This document shows positions 27,367 through 29,894 of a stretch of 29,894 bases of DNA, in pieces. Both the position numbers and the translations under genes were made by a program. Below the pieces are notes generated by a model that worked only from the letters and a program-made list of their open reading frames with translations, did not search any database and was not told the origin of the DNA. How positions within the stretch are numbered: position 1 is the stretch's first letter; each line of letters begins with the position of its first letter. The stretch comes from Promethearchaeota archaeon (GTDB lineage Archaea; Asgardarchaeota; Lokiarchaeia; Sigyniarchaeales; SOKP01), in the NCBI GenBank assembly GCA_016840165.1, contig JAEOSU010000035.1, forward strand, positions 1 through 29,894, given 5' to 3'.

Positions 27367-27971
27367 TTCTCTTTAACCTCCTCTTTTTCTTGTTCTTCCT
27401 GTTGTTTTTTCTTTTTTTCCGCAACATTATCCATTAAATCACGAAACCCGCTCAATTTCATTAATTCTTGACATTCCTTAAGCGCTTCAGGATGGCTATG
27501 AACCGTTGGTGGTAAGGGTGGCAATCCATAAGATACTCTTAAATCTCTCCACTTTTTATTTGCTTCTCCAGATGCGGGTACTCCATGACCGGTCGCATAA
27601 AAAACCTTATCGGCAAGGTTAAAATGATTATCTAAAATGTAGCCTTCCTCAACAGCGATATTCCTTAATTTAATAATCATATCCGTGACTGGTATATTTC
27701 TCGGACATCGTTCATAGCAATAATAACAAGTGGTACATAACCAGATATCAATATCTTGAAGAACGGATTCATCTCCGGTTAATGCTTTTCGAATTGCTGA
27801 TCGGGTTCGATAAGCAGTGCGTCTTCCAGATGGACAACTGCCTGTACATGTACCACAATTAATACATGCCCGAATCTTCTCTAATCCCGCATCAACGAAT
27901 TTTTGGGCAATCCGAGAATTCTCTTTTTCATAAACTTTCCGTTTAATATATTTTTCTACATTATCACTCAT
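27363..27971 (-). CDS. hdrC: Heterodisulfide reductase subunit C
   Basis: CINCGTCTGSCPSGRRT, IWLCTTCYYCYERCPR, TGHGVP and LPPTVH motifs. Confidence 0.96.
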   Translation of the reverse strand: MSDNVEKYIKRKVYEKENSRIAQKFVDAGLEKIRACINCGTCTGSCPSGRRTAYRTRSAIRKALTGDESVLQDIDIWLCTTCYYCYERCPRNIPVTDMIIKLRNIAVEEGYILDNHFNLADKVFYATGHGVPASGEANKKWRDLRVSYGLPPLPPTVHSHPEALKECQELMKLSGFRDLMDNVAEKKKKQQEEQEKEEVKEK

Positions 27972-28276
27972 GTTAATTTCAAATCTAATAATTTAGTTAA
28001 AATTGACGGCTAATTTGAAAATGGTTTTACATTTAAGTAGTTTGTTCAATCAATTTTCGATTATAATCTTATGAAGTGAAAAGTATTTTTTAATAAAAAA
28101 CTTGTTATTGTTATTTGATAATTAAAAGGGGAGAAATTGTTATTTCTAATATATTTCATTATTAAAAAACTCACATTGATAATTAAGAGGTAAAATAACG
28201 AGCTCCCTTAAAAAAGATTAATGTGGAAATAAAAACTTATATAAGAAAATGTGATAATAAACTTTGTAGGGTTAAA

Positions 28277-28492
28277 ATGAGAAATACAATGGAAGAAACC
28301 AATAAAGATAAGATTATTAAGATATTAAGAGAAGAAATAACTCTCATAAAGCGCATAAATTCTGAGGTCCTCAATGAAAAAGATAAGTTAATAACTAATT
28401 TGCATAACATTATCCAAGAAAAAGAAAAAACTATAGAGACTTTGAAAAAGCGATTGAAAAAAGAAAGCGAAACAGAGTTCCTAATCGTTTAA
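28277..28492 (+). CDS. Small coiled-coil hypothetical protein
   Basis: Heptad-like KDKII..L / EKDKLI..L / EKEKTI..L repeats. Start uncertain (ATG 28277 or 28289). Confidence 0.55.
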   Translation: MRNTMEETNKDKIIKILREEITLIKRINSEVLNEKDKLITNLHNIIQEKEKTIETLKKRLKKESETEFLIV

Positions 28493-28717
28493 GACTTTTT
28501 TATTCTCTATTAACTCTTTGATATATCTTTTTTGTTGGTCCTCTGATAAAAAGCCTAGTTCTTCCTTAATCTCCTTCAATTCTTTCTCAGTCAAATCCAA
28601 TTTAAGTAGCTCTTGTCTAATCTCTTTCGAAAGCACGTTAAAAATTCGCGCAAAATATCGTTTAACTACATCATATTTTTCAAAACTCTCGTCATCACTA
28701 ATCCTAACCACCAGCAT
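28481..28717 (-). CDS. Small helical hypothetical protein
   Basis: 78 aa charged amphipathic sequence (ELGFLSEDQQKRYIKEL), with GGAG directly upstream of the ATG. Its 3' end overlaps the convergent gene by 12 bp. Confidence 0.65.
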   Translation of the reverse strand: MLVVRISDDESFEKYDVVKRYFARIFNVLSKEIRQELLKLDLTEKELKEIKEELGFLSEDQQKRYIKELIENKKVLND

Positions 28718-29069
28718 TACTCCGTTATTATCAATAATTTTGTCTTACTTGAAAAAAGTTATAAATTGTAATAAACAATTAGTAGTCCAATCTTTTATCC
28801 AAGTTCTTTAAGTAAGTGAAAACTAAAAATTCTCTCAAAATGATTGCTCTAGCTTTCTAATGGCATTTGATATGAGTTTAGAATTAGAATTGTGAATTTT
28901 CGAACGACATAAATTTTGTGTGTAAAATTTATGCGATATTGTCCACTTTTTCGCATTACTAATTCGAAAAACTTGCAGTTAGCATAGATTTAAATATACT
29001 CACTATATCTTATATGGTAGCTTAAAAGATGGTCTTTTAATCTTTTATTCAAGGTATTTGAGGAGACGT

Positions 29070-29327
29070 ATGAATCTTAACTTTGATGATCAAAGTTATA
29101 TAAAGAGCGAGTTTAAGGAGAAACTTCGCTGGTTTGAGCAAGAGTTTGACCTAATTTTCAAAAATAAGACTTATAATTATACAAAAGAGGATATCCATCT
29201 CGCAAATGAAATCTTAGACCGATTATCAGAGACGATTAATGAATATAAAAATGAGAAATTGCTCTATTATTTAGTTAATACATTGAATAGTATAGAACAA
29301 AAGCATCCTGAATTTTTTTCTAAGTAA
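29070..29327 (+). CDS. Small helical hypothetical protein
   Basis: ATG 29070 preceded by GAGGAG (29060-29065) and an upstream TTTAAATA box; 85 aa helical composition. Confidence 0.7.
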   Translation: MNLNFDDQSYIKSEFKEKLRWFEQEFDLIFKNKTYNYTKEDIHLANEILDRLSETINEYKNEKLLYYLVNTLNSIEQKHPEFFSK

Positions 29328-29330
29328 TCT

Positions 29331-29723
29331 CTAAAAAAAAGGACCGAACTTTTTATAAATTCGTATGAGATTTTCCTTATAGAATCTTATCTTCTCGTCA
29401 TTCGGATTTAATCTTGCTGCTCTTTCCATAGTAGCTTCTGCTTCTATGAAATCATTATTATCCATGTGTGTAATTGTTAATAATCCCCATGGTTCTAAGA
29501 GTGAAGGTTTTAGTTCTATTGCTGCTTTAAAACAATCAATGGCATCTAGATACACTCCTATTCGTCGCTTTGCAATACCTAAAAGTAGCCAAGCCTCTTC
29601 ATTTGCGGGATCTTCTTCTAAAAGTTTCTTTAAAAATTTAATAGCTTTGGAATTCTTCTTTTGGATTAAAAAATCATTTGCCCGGAGTAATTGCTTGTCT
29701 AATTTTAACGTTTCTAATTCCAT
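29331..29723 (-). CDS. Tetratricopeptide repeat protein
   Basis: About 3 TPRs (AIKFLKKLLEEDPANEEAWLLLG, AIDCFKAAIELKPS..EPW..L, AEATMERAARLNPND). Start refined to ATG 29723. Confidence 0.88.
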   Translation of the reverse strand: MELETLKLDKQLLRANDFLIQKKNSKAIKFLKKLLEEDPANEEAWLLLGIAKRRIGVYLDAIDCFKAAIELKPSLLEPWGLLTITHMDNNDFIEAEATMERAARLNPNDEKIRFYKENLIRIYKKFGPFF

Positions 29724-29894
29724 ATTTCTCAATTAAACTTCTCTTATAATAATAAATATCCAAATTTATTTATATATCTTTAACATTTGTTATCATGATT
29801 TTTAATATTCCGGTATCATATCATTTTTCTTTAAATAGATATATATATCATAGGATATAATTTAAATTAATAATTAGGAAAGTAGGATAATAAA

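Noticed and set aside
28518-29736. ORFs 28518-28811 (+) and 29446-29736 (+)
   Set aside because: They are Ser/Phe/Leu-rich antisense shadows of the 78-aa helical gene and the TPR gene.
1-29894. tRNA, rRNA, transposase or integrase genes; methanogenesis marker genes
   Set aside because: Intergenic gaps are short and AT-rich with no cloverleaf or GC-rich RNA, and no recombinase motifs were seen. fwd/hdr/mvhD without mcr or mtr do not show methanogenesis.

Overview
AT-rich archaeal genomic window, most consistent with an Asgard archaeon (Lokiarchaeia-like). This is an inference from H4MPT/Fwd/Hdr genes occurring together with longin-like proteins, a double-HTH regulator and GGTGA/GGAG ribosome-binding sites. 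Left end: a minus-strand mvhD-fwdG-fwdF(short)-fwdD-fwdB-fwdC cluster with no fwdA, followed by the start of fdhD, which the ORF track missed. Middle: a 2-oxoacid:ferredoxin oxidoreductase, two peptidase/amidohydrolase genes, a regulator with a duplicated upstream box, a UDP-sugar dehydrogenase, an apparent two-gene operon (428-aa hypothetical protein plus a DapA-family class I aldolase fused to formaldehyde-activating enzyme) and thiol-redox genes. Right: two paralogous proteins with a degenerate nuclease-like middle and a C-terminal longin-like domain, flanking a CDP-alcohol phosphatidyltransferase, then hdrCBA and small hypothetical/TPR genes. The best candidates for undescribed biology are the aldolase-Fae fusion operon, the longin-pair/lipid-synthase cluster and the fwdA-less MvhD-Fwd module. 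I found no tRNA, rRNA, CRISPR array or mobile element. All family assignments come from motif recognition by eye; no searches were run.
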